In this document: piece by piece, positions 28,323 through 37,471 of the stretch
Position numbering within the stretch: position 1 is the stretch's first letter
Layout: each line of letters begins with the position of its first letter
Assembly: GCA_035314425.1 (NCBI GenBank)
Contig: DATFZN010000114.1
Coordinates: 4,232 to 68,231 of the forward strand
DNA: 64,000 nucleotides
Direction of reading: 5' to 3'
Source: Candidatus Acidiferrum sp.
GTDB lineage: Bacteria; Acidobacteriota; Terriglobia; Acidiferrales; UBA7541
Made by a program: the position numbers and the translations under genes
The notes under the pieces: generated by a model
Databases searched by the model: none
Seen by the model: only the letters and a program-made list of their open reading frames with translations
Told to the model about the DNA's origin: nothing

Positions 28323-29546
28323 ATGTGGGAAGAGTTCCCGCCAATCTCGACGGAGGAGTGGGAAGCCGCGATTCGCGCAGATTTGAAGGGTGCGGATTAT
28401 GCCAAGAAGTTCGACTGGCAAACGGAAGAAGGGATTGCGGTAAGGCCGTATTACAGGCGCGAAGATTTGCCGGGAAGTACCGGACAAGCGCGGTTTATGG
28501 GAAGGTGGAAAGTAGGGAGGGCGGCGGAAATTCCAGCCGATGCTGTGCGCGGGGATTTCTTGCATGAACAGGGCGCGAATTCGGTCCAGGAAATCGGGTA
28601 CTCTCTGGCGGAATCGGCGGGCAAACGTAACACGTTTGTGCTCGCGGTGGGCAGCAATTACTTCATGGAAATTGCGAAGCTGCGCGCGGCTCGGCAATTG
28701 TGGGCACGGATATCGGACTTGCCGATGGTCATCTGGTCGCGAACTTCGTATGCAAATAAGAGTTTGTATGATCCTTCGGCGAATTTGATGCGATGCACGA
28801 CGGAGGCAATGAGCGCGATTTTTGGTGGATGCGATTACCTCATCGTGGAAGCCGCACGGTTCGCGCAACATCTGGCAGAAAGTTTGCCGAGAATACTGGC
28901 AGAAGAGGCGCATTTCAATCAGGTGTCAGATCCCGCAGGGGGATCGTATTACGTGGAGTCGCTGACGGCCGCGATTGCGGCGGAAGCGTGGAAGGTCTAC
29001 GAGGAAGGTCTAGCCAATCGGGATACAGCGATTGCGGCGTCGCGCACGGCCAAAGAGAAAGCGGTGGCTCTGCGAAAGCGCACTCTGGTTGGCGTGAATA
29101 ACTATCCAGATTTGACCGAGACGATTCCCCAAGGCTCAAAGCTACCTCATGATTCAGCGCCACGGCTGTCTCAACCGTTTGAAGCAATAAGGCAACGGGT
29201 GGAAAAGTCGGGAAAGCGGCCCGTTGTCTTGCTGCTACAGCGCGGCGATTTGAAGATGCGAATGGCGCGGGCGAACTTTGCACTGAACTTTTTTGGGTGC
29301 GCGGGTTTTGAGATACGGAGTTCCGACAAAATCGAGGCTGCGGATTTGATTGTGCTGTGCAGCTCGGATGCGGAATATCTGGCGTTGGCGAAGGAAGTTG
29401 TGCCGCAGACGAAGGCGCCGGTGCTTGTGGCGGGAAATCCAAAAGAACAGATCGAACTGTTGCGCGCCGCGGGCGTGAAGGACTTCGTCTACGTCGGAGT
29501 AAATGCGGTGGAAGTGCTCTCGCGATGGCAGGAGGCACTGGTATGA
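28323..29546 (+). CDS. mutA: Methylmalonyl-CoA mutase small (beta, MutA-like) subunit, unusually compact
   Basis: MCM-family segments (..[17 protein letters not shown].., ..[13 protein letters not shown]..) plus a C-terminal Rossmann-like domain that lacks the DxHxxG cobalamin motif. ATG 28323 is preceded by GGAGGG. The stop overlaps the mutB start (ATGA). Confidence 0.75.
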   Translation: MWEEFPPISTEEWEAAIRADLKGADYAKKFDWQTEEGIAVRPYYRREDLPGSTGQARFMGRWKVGRAAEIPADAVRGDFLHEQGANSVQEIGYSLAESAGKRNTFVLAVGSNYFMEIAKLRAARQLWARISDLPMVIWSRTSYANKSLYDPSANLMRCTTEAMSAIFGGCDYLIVEAARFAQHLAESLPRILAEEAHFNQVSDPAGGSYYVESLTAAIAAEAWKVYEEGLANRDTAIAASRTAKEKAVALRKRTLVGVNNYPDLTETIPQGSKLPHDSAPRLSQPFEAIRQRVEKSGKRPVVLLLQRGDLKMRMARANFALNFFGCAGFEIRSSDKIEAADLIVLCSSDAEYLALAKEVVPQTKAPVLVAGNPKEQIELLRAAGVKDFVYVGVNAVEVLSRWQEALV

Positions 29547-31606
29547 ACCGCGCGGATTGGAAGACGCAGGAAGGAATCAAGGTGAAACCGCTGTACACGG
29601 CGGCGGATCTGGCAGCAATTGAGCACCTAGATTATGCAGCAGGACTACCTCCCTTTTTGCGCGGGCCGTACAGCTCGATGTACGCGATGCAGCCGTGGAC
29701 GATTCGGCAGTACGCGGGATTTTCGACGGCGGAGGATTCGAACGCGTTTTACCGACAGAACTTGGCGGCGGGGCAAAAAGGATTGAGCGTGGCGTTTGAT
29801 CTGGCAACGCACCGCGGGTACGACTCCGATCATCCGCGCGTAAAAGGCGATGTCGGTAAAGCCGGCGTGGCGATCGACAGCGTTGAGGACATGAAGATTC
29901 TGTTCGACCGGATTCCGCTGGATCAGATGTCCGTCTCGATGACGATGAACGGGGCGGTGCTGCCGATCATGGCGTTTTATATTGTGGCGGCCGAAGAACA
30001 AGGCGTTGCGACGCAAAAACTGACAGGGACGATTCAGAACGACATCTTGAAAGAGTTCATGGTGCGGAACACGTACATTTATCCGCCGAAGCCTTCGATG
30101 CGAATCGTCGGAGATATTTTTCGCTACAGTGCGGCGAAGATGCCGAAGTTCAATTGCATCTCGATTTCCGGATATCACATGCAGGAAGCGGGTGCAACGG
30201 CGGATATCGAGTTAGCGTACACCTTAGCCGATGGACTGGAATATTTGCGGACGGGATTGCACGCGGGGCTCGATATCGACGAATTTGCGCCGCGGCTGAG
30301 TTTTTTCTGGGCGATTGGCATGAACCATTTTATGGAGATCGCCAAGATGCGGGCCGCGCGGCTTCTATGGGCCAAACTGGTAAAACAGTTCAACCCGAAA
30401 AATCCCAAATCGATGGCGCTGCGGGCACATTCGCAGACTTCGGGGTGGAGCTTAAGCGCGCAGGACGTTTATAACAACGTGATTCGCACAACGGTGGAAG
30501 CGATGGCTGCGGCGATGGGCGGAACGCAATCGTTGCACACAAATGCGCTCGACGAGGCCCTGGCGTTGCCGACAGATTATTCGGCACGAATTGCGCGAAA
30601 CACTCAAATTTATTTGCAGCAAGAAACAGGAATTTGCCACGTGGTCGACCCGTGGGGCGGAAGCTACTATGTGGAATCACTGACGGCAGAATTGGCGGCA
30701 AAAGCGTGGACGTTGATCGAGGAGGTTGAAAAGCTTGGCGGAATGACGCGCGCAATTGAGACAGGCTTGCCAAAGATGCGGATTGAAGAAGCGGCGGCGC
30801 GGCGCCAGGCGCATATTGATTCCGGCAGCGAGACGATTGTTGGCGTCAATAAATATGCGGTGGACGATGAGAAGCCGCTGGAAGTCCGAATCGTAGATAA
30901 CGCGGCGGTGCGAGAAAATCAGTTGGCGCGATTAAAGGAGATGCGGGGGAAGCGGAACTCGGCGGAAGTGGAGACGGCGCTCTGCTCGTTGACGAAATGC
31001 GCGGAAAGCGGCGAAGGAAACTTGCTGGAACTGGCCGTCGACGCGGCACGCAAACGCGCTACACTAGGCGAAATCTCCTATGCGCTGGAGAAGGTTTTTG
31101 CAAGGTACAAAGCGGTGAACCATACCATTTCCGGAGTGTATTCGTCGGAGAGTCGGCAGGATCCGGAATTTCTAAAGGCTCGCTTGCTCACGGAACAATT
31201 CGAAAAAAGCGAGGGGCGGCGTCCGCGGATTCTGGTAGCCAAGATGGGACAAGACGGGCACGATCGCGGCGCGAAGGTGATTGCGACGGCCTTTGCTGAC
31301 TTGGGATTCGACGTAGACCTGGGACCCCTTTTTCAGACGCCGGAAGAAGTGGCGCGGATGGCAGTCGAAAATGACGTGCACATTCTTGGCGTGTCAACAC
31401 TGGCGGGCGGGCACATGACGCTGGTGCCGGAACTGATTCAGGAATTGAAGAGGCTGGGACGCGAGGACATCCTCGTTGTCGTGGGCGGCGTGGTTCCTCC
31501 GCAAGATTTTGCGGCGCTGCGACAAGCGGGCGCAGCAGGAATCTTCGGACCGGGAACACGCATACCACTTTCTGCACAAGAAATACTGCACCGATTGCTG
31601 GAGTAG
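29543..31606 (+). CDS. mutB: Methylmalonyl-CoA mutase large (alpha) subunit with B12-binding domain
   Basis: Motifs ..[13 protein letters not shown].., ..[20 protein letters not shown].. and the cobalamin motif [11 protein letters not shown]. The start is at MNRADWK (29543), not the ORF-track 29357. Confidence 0.95.
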   Translation: MNRADWKTQEGIKVKPLYTAADLAAIEHLDYAAGLPPFLRGPYSSMYAMQPWTIRQYAGFSTAEDSNAFYRQNLAAGQKGLSVAFDLATHRGYDSDHPRVKGDVGKAGVAIDSVEDMKILFDRIPLDQMSVSMTMNGAVLPIMAFYIVAAEEQGVATQKLTGTIQNDILKEFMVRNTYIYPPKPSMRIVGDIFRYSAAKMPKFNCISISGYHMQEAGATADIELAYTLADGLEYLRTGLHAGLDIDEFAPRLSFFWAIGMNHFMEIAKMRAARLLWAKLVKQFNPKNPKSMALRAHSQTSGWSLSAQDVYNNVIRTTVEAMAAAMGGTQSLHTNALDEALALPTDYSARIARNTQIYLQQETGICHVVDPWGGSYYVESLTAELAAKAWTLIEEVEKLGGMTRAIETGLPKMRIEEAAARRQAHIDSGSETIVGVNKYAVDDEKPLEVRIVDNAAVRENQLARLKEMRGKRNSAEVETALCSLTKCAESGEGNLLELAVDAARKRATLGEISYALEKVFARYKAVNHTISGVYSSESRQDPEFLKARLLTEQFEKSEGRRPRILVAKMGQDGHDRGAKVIATAFADLGFDVDLGPLFQTPEEVARMAVENDVHILGVSTLAGGHMTLVPELIQELKRLGREDILVVVGGVVPPQDFAALRQAGAAGIFGPGTRIPLSAQEILHRLLE

Positions 31607-31609
31607 CCG

Positions 31610-32620
31610 TTGCGGACGCGCCGACTGGCCGCTGAACAATATATTTCGGGAGTCCTCCAGGGCGACCTGGCCACCTTGGCGAGGACAATCACGGTCGTCG
31701 AGAGCGACCTACCCTCCGATGGTGAACTCGCTCTAGAAATTCTGGATTCCCTGCTTCCCCATACAGGCAAATCGCGACGCATAGGAATTACTGGCGTGCC
31801 CGGCGTCGGTAAGAGCACCTTCATCGACAAAATTGGATTGCACATCATTCGCGATCGCGGCGAGAAACTGGCCGTGCTCAGTGTAGACCCTTCAAGCCCT
31901 ATTACAGGCGGGAGTATTTTGGGCGACAAGACGCGAATGGAGCGACTGGCCGCGGAGCCCCACGCGTTCATTCGACCGTCGCCATCCAGAGGATCATGGG
32001 GCGGAGTGGCAGGAAGAACGCGGGAGACGATACTGGTGTGCGAGGCTGCGGGTTTTAACAACATCTTGGTGGAAACAGTGGGAGTTGGTCAATCAGAAAT
32101 TGCGGTGCGAACGATGACAGATTTCCTGCTGCTGCTCTTGCTTCCCGGAGCCGGCGACCAACTGCAAGGAATCAAGCGTGGGATTTTAGAGTTGGTCGAT
32201 GCGATTGCGATCAATAAAGCTGATGGAGAGCAACTTACTCGCGCACAGTTGGCGAAGGAGGATTACCAGAGCGCGTTGCATCTGTTTGCTCCCGGCGCGG
32301 GTGGATGGAATCCGCCAGTGATGCTCTCGAGCGCAGATACGGGTGCGGGGGTCAAAGAGATTTGGGAATGCATTTTGCGGCACGAGCAATTTCAGAGTGA
32401 AAACGGGTTGCGGGCGGAGATACGGAAGGAGCAGTCGTTGTCGGCCATGCGGCAGATGATTTCTGCGGAACTTGAGACGGCGTTCCGGCGGGATCCAGCG
32501 GTTGCAGGGAAGTTGCGACAGGTGGAGGCGCAGGTAAGGGAGGGGAGGATGACCTCGTTTGCGGGAGCGAAGGTATTGTTGGGGGAGTTTTGGCGCGGTG
32601 TGGCAGAGAAAGAAAGATAA
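31610..32620 (+). CDS. meaB: Methylmalonyl-CoA mutase-associated GTPase MeaB (ArgK)
   Basis: P-loop GVPGVGKST, ..VETVGVGQSE.. and NKAD. TTG start 4 nt after the mutB stop. Confidence 0.9.
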   Translation: MRTRRLAAEQYISGVLQGDLATLARTITVVESDLPSDGELALEILDSLLPHTGKSRRIGITGVPGVGKSTFIDKIGLHIIRDRGEKLAVLSVDPSSPITGGSILGDKTRMERLAAEPHAFIRPSPSRGSWGGVAGRTRETILVCEAAGFNNILVETVGVGQSEIAVRTMTDFLLLLLLPGAGDQLQGIKRGILELVDAIAINKADGEQLTRAQLAKEDYQSALHLFAPGAGGWNPPVMLSSADTGAGVKEIWECILRHEQFQSENGLRAEIRKEQSLSAMRQMISAELETAFRRDPAVAGKLRQVEAQVREGRMTSFAGAKVLLGEFWRGVAEKER

Positions 32621-32727
32621 GATTTAGCAAAGGTGTCGGAAGACATGCGGCGAAAAGGAAGGTAAACCCAAGCACAGTCAAGCTGGGCTGTGCCGTGGAA
32701 AACCAAAGATAGGCACGAAGGAGCATC

Positions 32728-33600
32728 ATGCGAATGTTGATTGGGGTTTTGTTGCTGGCGGCGCTCGCGGCAACCGGAGCGAATGGGCAGAGTGCCAAGC
32801 TTTCAACGAAATGGGAAGAATTGACGGCGGCGGATTTTCGAGATGCGATTGCCAGAGCACAGGGAACGTGCTTGCTGCCATTTGGAATTTTGGAAAAGCA
32901 TGGACCACATTTGCCTCTGGGAACGGATTTATTGAATGTGCGTTACGTTTCCGAGCATGCCGCGCAGCAAGAGTATGTGGTTATTTTTCCGCAATATTTT
33001 GCTGGGCAGATATTTGAGGCGCGGCACGAACCGGGAACGATTGCCTATAGCGCGGAAATTCAAATGAAACTATTGCAGGAAACGACGGATGAAATGGCGC
33101 GCAATGGCTGCAAAAAAGTGATTATTGTGAACGGGCATGGCGGCAACGAGGATCTGCTTCCCTACTTTGCGCAAACGCAGCTGGCCAAGCCGCATGATTA
33201 CGTTGTGTATGTCCAGTGGGGGCACGAGGCCACGAAAAAAGTAGGCGGCGAAAAAAGTGGCCCGGACTGGCATGCTGGCGAAACCGAGACTTCCAACATG
33301 ATCGTGACGAATCCGGGCCTGGTACACATCGATCGTGCAGGCGAAGAATCGGGAGCGGATCAGCGACGAGTGAAATTGCCGGAAAGCGTGTACACGGGAA
33401 TCTGGTGGTATGCGCGTTTTCCGAATCATTATTCGGGCAATGGCGCTACCGCAACGAAGGAACAAGGGCTGGAAGACATTACCAGTTGGATCAACACGCT
33501 GGTGCACGCCATTAACGCCGTTAAGGCCGATGACGAAAGTTTGAAGTTACAGAAAGAGTTTTATGAAAAAAGCGAGCACCCGCTCGATACGGCGCATTGA
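32728..33600 (+). CDS. Creatininase-family amidohydrolase, exported paralog
   Basis: Sec signal MRMLIGVLLLAALAATGANGQ, then LLPFGILEKHGPHLPLGTD, NGHGGN and HAGETETS. Confidence 0.75.
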   Translation: MRMLIGVLLLAALAATGANGQSAKLSTKWEELTAADFRDAIARAQGTCLLPFGILEKHGPHLPLGTDLLNVRYVSEHAAQQEYVVIFPQYFAGQIFEARHEPGTIAYSAEIQMKLLQETTDEMARNGCKKVIIVNGHGGNEDLLPYFAQTQLAKPHDYVVYVQWGHEATKKVGGEKSGPDWHAGETETSNMIVTNPGLVHIDRAGEESGADQRRVKLPESVYTGIWWYARFPNHYSGNGATATKEQGLEDITSWINTLVHAINAVKADDESLKLQKEFYEKSEHPLDTAH

Positions 33601-33662
33601 GGTTCGAGGCGATAGGCGGGAAAGCAGGGCTCAATCACATTCAATTCTACGACGAAAAGAGA

Positions 33663-34040
33663 CTAGCGGTTACGGCGGAGAGCATCGATCAAGTTGGCAA
33701 GAATCTGATTGTTGGGGGGTTCGAGATCGAAAAATTCAATTCCCATACCGACTCGCGGTTTGACGATGCGAACCACGATGAAGGCTTCCAAAACTTCATT
33801 TTTGCGAATAAGTCTCATACGGGCGCGAGCGTTGAGGGGTAGCTGTTTACTGGTACACACAAAGCATCCACCCAAAGAGAGGTCGGACGTTACCCCCTCA
33901 ACTTGCTTCCCGGTTTCCATTTCAATGAGTTCGACGTCCGCAGCAAACGGGTAGCGGATGGTGTAGCGGCGGTCCCGGACTCCGACAAGTCGGGGAGCAA
34001 GTATGCCATTGCGATTGGACATGGAGATGACCTTACTCAA
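33663..34040 (-). CDS. PilZ-domain c-di-GMP receptor (single domain)
   Basis: Canonical RRYTIR (RRxxxR) and DLSLGG (DxSxxG) motifs. 125 aa. Confidence 0.8.
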   Translation of the reverse strand: MSKVISMSNRNGILAPRLVGVRDRRYTIRYPFAADVELIEMETGKQVEGVTSDLSLGGCFVCTSKQLPLNARARMRLIRKNEVLEAFIVVRIVKPRVGMGIEFFDLEPPNNQILANLIDALRRNR

Positions 34041-34300
34041 GCGATCCTCAGCGATGAGACAACACTCATGATTTACCCCTGGCGCGAGGTATTTGCTCGT
34101 CTAAGTGTGTCCGAACGGAGGGCTTTTGCAAATCGTCGCGAGGGCCCCAGGAGCCAAAAAGTAACTGTGAATTCAGCCAGTGGATCCGCTTGATTCAACT
34201 CAAGATGCTATTAGTGGGAAGGACAAGCGACGGTACCCGGACGACTATTTCGCTAAATCGACGTGTTACCCTGTGCCGTAGCCATCTTCAAGCGACACCT

Positions 34301-35131
34301 ATGCGCACGGAGCGAATGCGTCAAAGCGACCGAGTCAGCCTGGAAGTCCAGGTCGAGGCGTCGTGGCTAGATAGCGGCGGCGGGCAGATTCGTTTGCCAG
34401 CGCACACCCTGTTGATCAGCCGGAATGGTGGAGTGATCCGCTTGGCGGAGAAAATATTTCCCGGGCAAGAAATCGTACTTCATCGCAAGCTCGAAGGCGA
34501 CCAAACGAAAAGTGCGCGAGCCCGCATCATGGCGGAAATTGACCGGGAGCCTGACGGGTTTATCTACGCGGTAGCGATTCTGGATCAACGGGTTGATTTC
34601 TGGGAGATCGAATTCCCTTCTCCGCACAAGGCGGAAGAGGCTTTGGCAAGGATGTTGATGGAGTGCAGTTTCTGCCAGCGGCGCGAAGTGGTCTATCTCA
34701 ATGAAATGGAGTTGAAATCGTTCGAAGTGCGGCGCTGCGTGGCACGGCTGTGCAAGCATTGCGATTCCCCGTCCATTTGGATCGAGGCTCATTCGGAACC
34801 GAAGATTGAGGAAACGCTACCATCACGATCTGCAGTGGAAGAACGTGTACTGCCGCGAAGAAACCGCACGCGGGTGAAGGCGCGGGTGTTGGCTTGTATT
34901 CGCAGGCGCGGATTTCAGGAAGAAGTTGCGGTTTGCGAAGACTTGTCTAAGGGCGGAATTAGCTTTCGCAGTCGAAATAAGTATCCAGAAGGAACGCGGT
35001 TAGAGGTTGCAGTGCCGTATACACCGGGAGCTGGAGCCATTTTCGTGCCAATACGCATTGTGTTCTCGCAGCCGATCGCGGCGGCGGGACTGTTTCGGCA
35101 CGGGGCCGCGTATGTGCGGCCGCCGGAGTAG
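34301..35131 (+). CDS. PilZ-like / zinc-ribbon / PilZ protein
   Basis: The C-terminal PilZ has RRNRTR and DLSKGG. The N-terminal PilZ-like domain has RQSDR but a degenerate second motif (LISRNG). A central CSFC...CKHC cysteine pair-of-pairs is present. The start is uncertain (34301, 34316, or ORF-track TTG 34190). Confidence 0.7.
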   Translation: MRTERMRQSDRVSLEVQVEASWLDSGGGQIRLPAHTLLISRNGGVIRLAEKIFPGQEIVLHRKLEGDQTKSARARIMAEIDREPDGFIYAVAILDQRVDFWEIEFPSPHKAEEALARMLMECSFCQRREVVYLNEMELKSFEVRRCVARLCKHCDSPSIWIEAHSEPKIEETLPSRSAVEERVLPRRNRTRVKARVLACIRRRGFQEEVAVCEDLSKGGISFRSRNKYPEGTRLEVAVPYTPGAGAIFVPIRIVFSQPIAAAGLFRHGAAYVRPPE

Positions 35132-35314
35132 CAGGCCTAGCCCCAAAAATCCTGAATCAAATTGCTCGCCGAGCTAACGCCGGTATCTAAATTATGGATT
35201 CGGTCGGGGCGCCAGGATGGCTTGCCAGTTGATGATGGCGTTCCAGAGCATCCGTTGATCGCCGCGGTTAAAGTCGCGACGCAGGATTTAGCTCGTCAAG
35301 GACAAGACAGGCAT

Positions 35315-35331
35315 GAGGGCCCAGTGCCCTC
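35315..35331 (-). terminator. Possible terminator hairpin after cheX
   Basis: GAGGGC / GCCCTC stem with a 5-nt loop, 9 nt after the cheX stop. The downstream U-tract is interrupted (AUGCCUGUCUUGUCCUUG). Confidence 0.35.
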
Positions 35332-35339
35332 TGACCAAA

Positions 35340-35843
35340 TTAGTCGAGGGCGGCGACGGTGTCGCGTTCGCGTCGGCGGCGATGCAGGTAATGCATCGCA
35401 ATATTTAAGTAGATCTGGCCACAGGGCGTCTCAATACAAATGACCATCGCTTCGGTCTCGACATTTCCGGAGAGGCCCTGCTCACTCACATGAATTTCTG
35501 GGGGGAACACTTTGAAGCGAAAACCCGCATCATTCAGCAATGTGACAGAATTGCCGATAACCATGTTTGCGAGTTCGCAAACAGTCTCTCGGACAACTTG
35601 TTCGCTCGCGGCCACGGGTGAGCCGGCCAGCGCGCTGGCAACACTGATTGCGACCTCCGGAGCAAGATCGAGAATGACACGCCCTTCGATATCACCCTTG
35701 ATCGCAATCAGCGCGGCGATGCCTTTGCGGCGATAGGTATCCTCTTCCATCGTGAGGTCGAGGATCTTTGTCGGTGCTTGCAGAGATTCAGCGAAAACAG
35801 CATCCGCGGCGTTTATAAACGGTTGGATCAGTTCCATTCTCAT
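35340..35843 (-). CDS. cheX: CheX-type CheY-P phosphatase
   Basis: Single CheC/CheX active-site motif E-x2-N-x22-P (ELANMVIGNS...VFPP) and N-terminal ..PFINAADAVF.. as in CheX. ATGA overlap with cheY. Confidence 0.75.
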   Translation of the reverse strand: MRMELIQPFINAADAVFAESLQAPTKILDLTMEEDTYRRKGIAALIAIKGDIEGRVILDLAPEVAISVASALAGSPVAASEQVVRETVCELANMVIGNSVTLLNDAGFRFKVFPPEIHVSEQGLSGNVETEAMVICIETPCGQIYLNIAMHYLHRRRRERDTVAALD

Positions 35844-36292
35844 CGGTGGCCCTCTTCCGCGAGCGCGACCGGCCCGCTTGGTGCATTCGGGTCATCACCC
35901 AAAACGTAACGTAGAATCTCATACAAGACTTCCGGTTTCACCGGTTTCTGGACGAAATGCTTTGCGCCCTTTTGCAGAGCAGCCAGAATATTTTCCTGAT
36001 AGCCAACGGAAGACACCATGACAATGCGGGCGTTGGAATGTTGCCGAACGATGCGTTCGACGGCTTCAATGCCCTCCATTTGCGGCATGGTGATGTCCAT
36101 CAGCACGATGTCGGCTTTGGTGCGGTTGTACTCCGCAATGGCGGTGAGGCCATCGCCCGCCTCGCCAGCAACCTCGCCGCCGAAAAGCTCAATCATCTTG
36201 ATGAGATTTTTGCGAGCGAAGACGGAGTCGTCCACGACCAAGTAGCGGACGGGTTGATTGTCGCTCCGAAGTAAAGGTGCAAACTGTTGCAT
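35840..36292 (-). CDS. cheY: CheY-like single-domain response regulator
   Basis: Receiver motifs LVVDDS, DIVLMDITMP, MVSS and VQKP. Confidence 0.85.
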   Translation of the reverse strand: MQQFAPLLRSDNQPVRYLVVDDSVFARKNLIKMIELFGGEVAGEAGDGLTAIAEYNRTKADIVLMDITMPQMEGIEAVERIVRQHSNARIVMVSSVGYQENILAALQKGAKHFVQKPVKPEVLYEILRYVLGDDPNAPSGPVALAEEGHR

Positions 36293-36319
36293 AAACTTCT
36301 CCTTTGGCCCCGCACGTCG

Positions 36320-37471
36320 TCAGACGCGTGGAGTCGAAACTGGTGTCCTATCGTTCTTTTCCGCGCGATCACTTTTCTCGAGCTTTTCCTGCGCATCGGT
36401 TTTTTCTGTATTGCCGCGATCAGAAGCGAATTGAGTAATCAGAAACTGGCTGAGCCCATCAAGTGGAATAATTTTTGAGGCGTAGCCCTTATTGATCGCG
36501 GCACGGGGCATGCCTGGGACCACGCAGGTATCTTCGCTTTGCGCGATGGTTACGCCGCCAGCTGAGCGAATCGCGCCCAAACCTTCCGCGCCGTCTTCAC
36601 CCATGCCAGTCATGAGCACGCCGACGGCGGTCAAACCAAACTCTTGGGCGACGGAATGAAACAGAACGTCCACCGAGGGGCGATGGCCATTGATCGGAAG
36701 ACCATCGGAAAGAATCACCATTTCACCCCGCGGCATGCGCCGGACCATCATGTGTCGATTGCCGGGACAGATCAACACGCGGCCGGCGATCAGGAGATCG
36801 CCGGACTTCGCCTCCTGCACATCGACAGCGCAACATTCATCAAGGCGACGCGCAAACATTTCCGTGAAACCTTCGGGCATGTGCTGTACGACCACGAATG
36901 TGGCCGGAAACTCTACGGGAATTTGTGAGAGCAGATATTGCAAGGCATTGGGACCACCGGTAGAGATACCAATTGCGATTACGCGATTGGGTTGAACGGC
37001 CGGCCGGCCGCGTTTTTTGTGAAGTGGAGGAAGTTCGATCTCTGCCCGCGGAATTGCTTTTGTTCCCCCCGCCCGTTTGGCTACCTTGATTTTTTCGATG
37101 AGCTGGACTGCAACCGTTTCGAGATGACCAGTAGCGGCATCCTTTGGCTTCGGAACGAAATCGATTGCGCCAAGTGCCAGGGCTTTGAACGTGGAGTAGG
37201 CGCCTTCCTTCGAATGGGTGCTGAAAACAATTACGGGGAGCGGCGCGCTACGCATGATCATGCGCAGTGTCTCAATTCCATCCATGCGCGGCATTTCTAA
37301 ATCGAGGGTGACGACGTCGGGACGCAACTCGGCAATTTTGCGCAGAGCAAACGCGCCGTCCATTGCCGTACCCACGACCTCAACATCGGGATCGCGTTCG
37401 AGAATCAATGGAATCAACTTCCGCATGAGCGCAGAGTCGTCCACCACCAGCACTCGGACCCGTTCTCTCAT
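36320..37471 (-). CDS. cheB: Protein-glutamate methylesterase CheB (REC + methylesterase)
   Basis: REC (VLVVDDS, DVVTLDLEMP) plus catalytic GISTGGP, VVQHMP and GMGEDG. Confidence 0.95.
   Translation of the reverse strand: MRERVRVLVVDDSALMRKLIPLILERDPDVEVVGTAMDGAFALRKIAELRPDVVTLDLEMPRMDGIETLRMIMRSAPLPVIVFSTHSKEGAYSTFKALALGAIDFVPKPKDAATGHLETVAVQLIEKIKVAKRAGGTKAIPRAEIELPPLHKKRGRPAVQPNRVIAIGISTGGPNALQYLLSQIPVEFPATFVVVQHMPEGFTEMFARRLDECCAVDVQEAKSGDLLIAGRVLICPGNRHMMVRRMPRGEMVILSDGLPINGHRPSVDVLFHSVAQEFGLTAVGVLMTGMGEDGAEGLGAIRSAGGVTIAQSEDTCVVPGMPRAAINKGYASKIIPLDGLSQFLITQFASDRGNTEKTDAQEKLEKSDRAEKNDRTPVSTPRV

Noticed and set aside
32655-32700. Hairpin GCACAG...CTGTGC after meaB as a terminator
   Set aside because: It has only a 6-bp stem, a 10-nt loop and no U-tract, which is too weak to annotate.
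34080-34097. TGGCGCG-N6-TTGCT, a sigma-54-like sequence upstream of the PilZ/Zn-ribbon gene, with a TGAGAC 20 nt upstream
   Set aside because: The GG to GC spacing is 12 nt instead of 10. Sigma-54 promoters do not tolerate this, and the TGAGAC copy is far too close to act as an enhancer.
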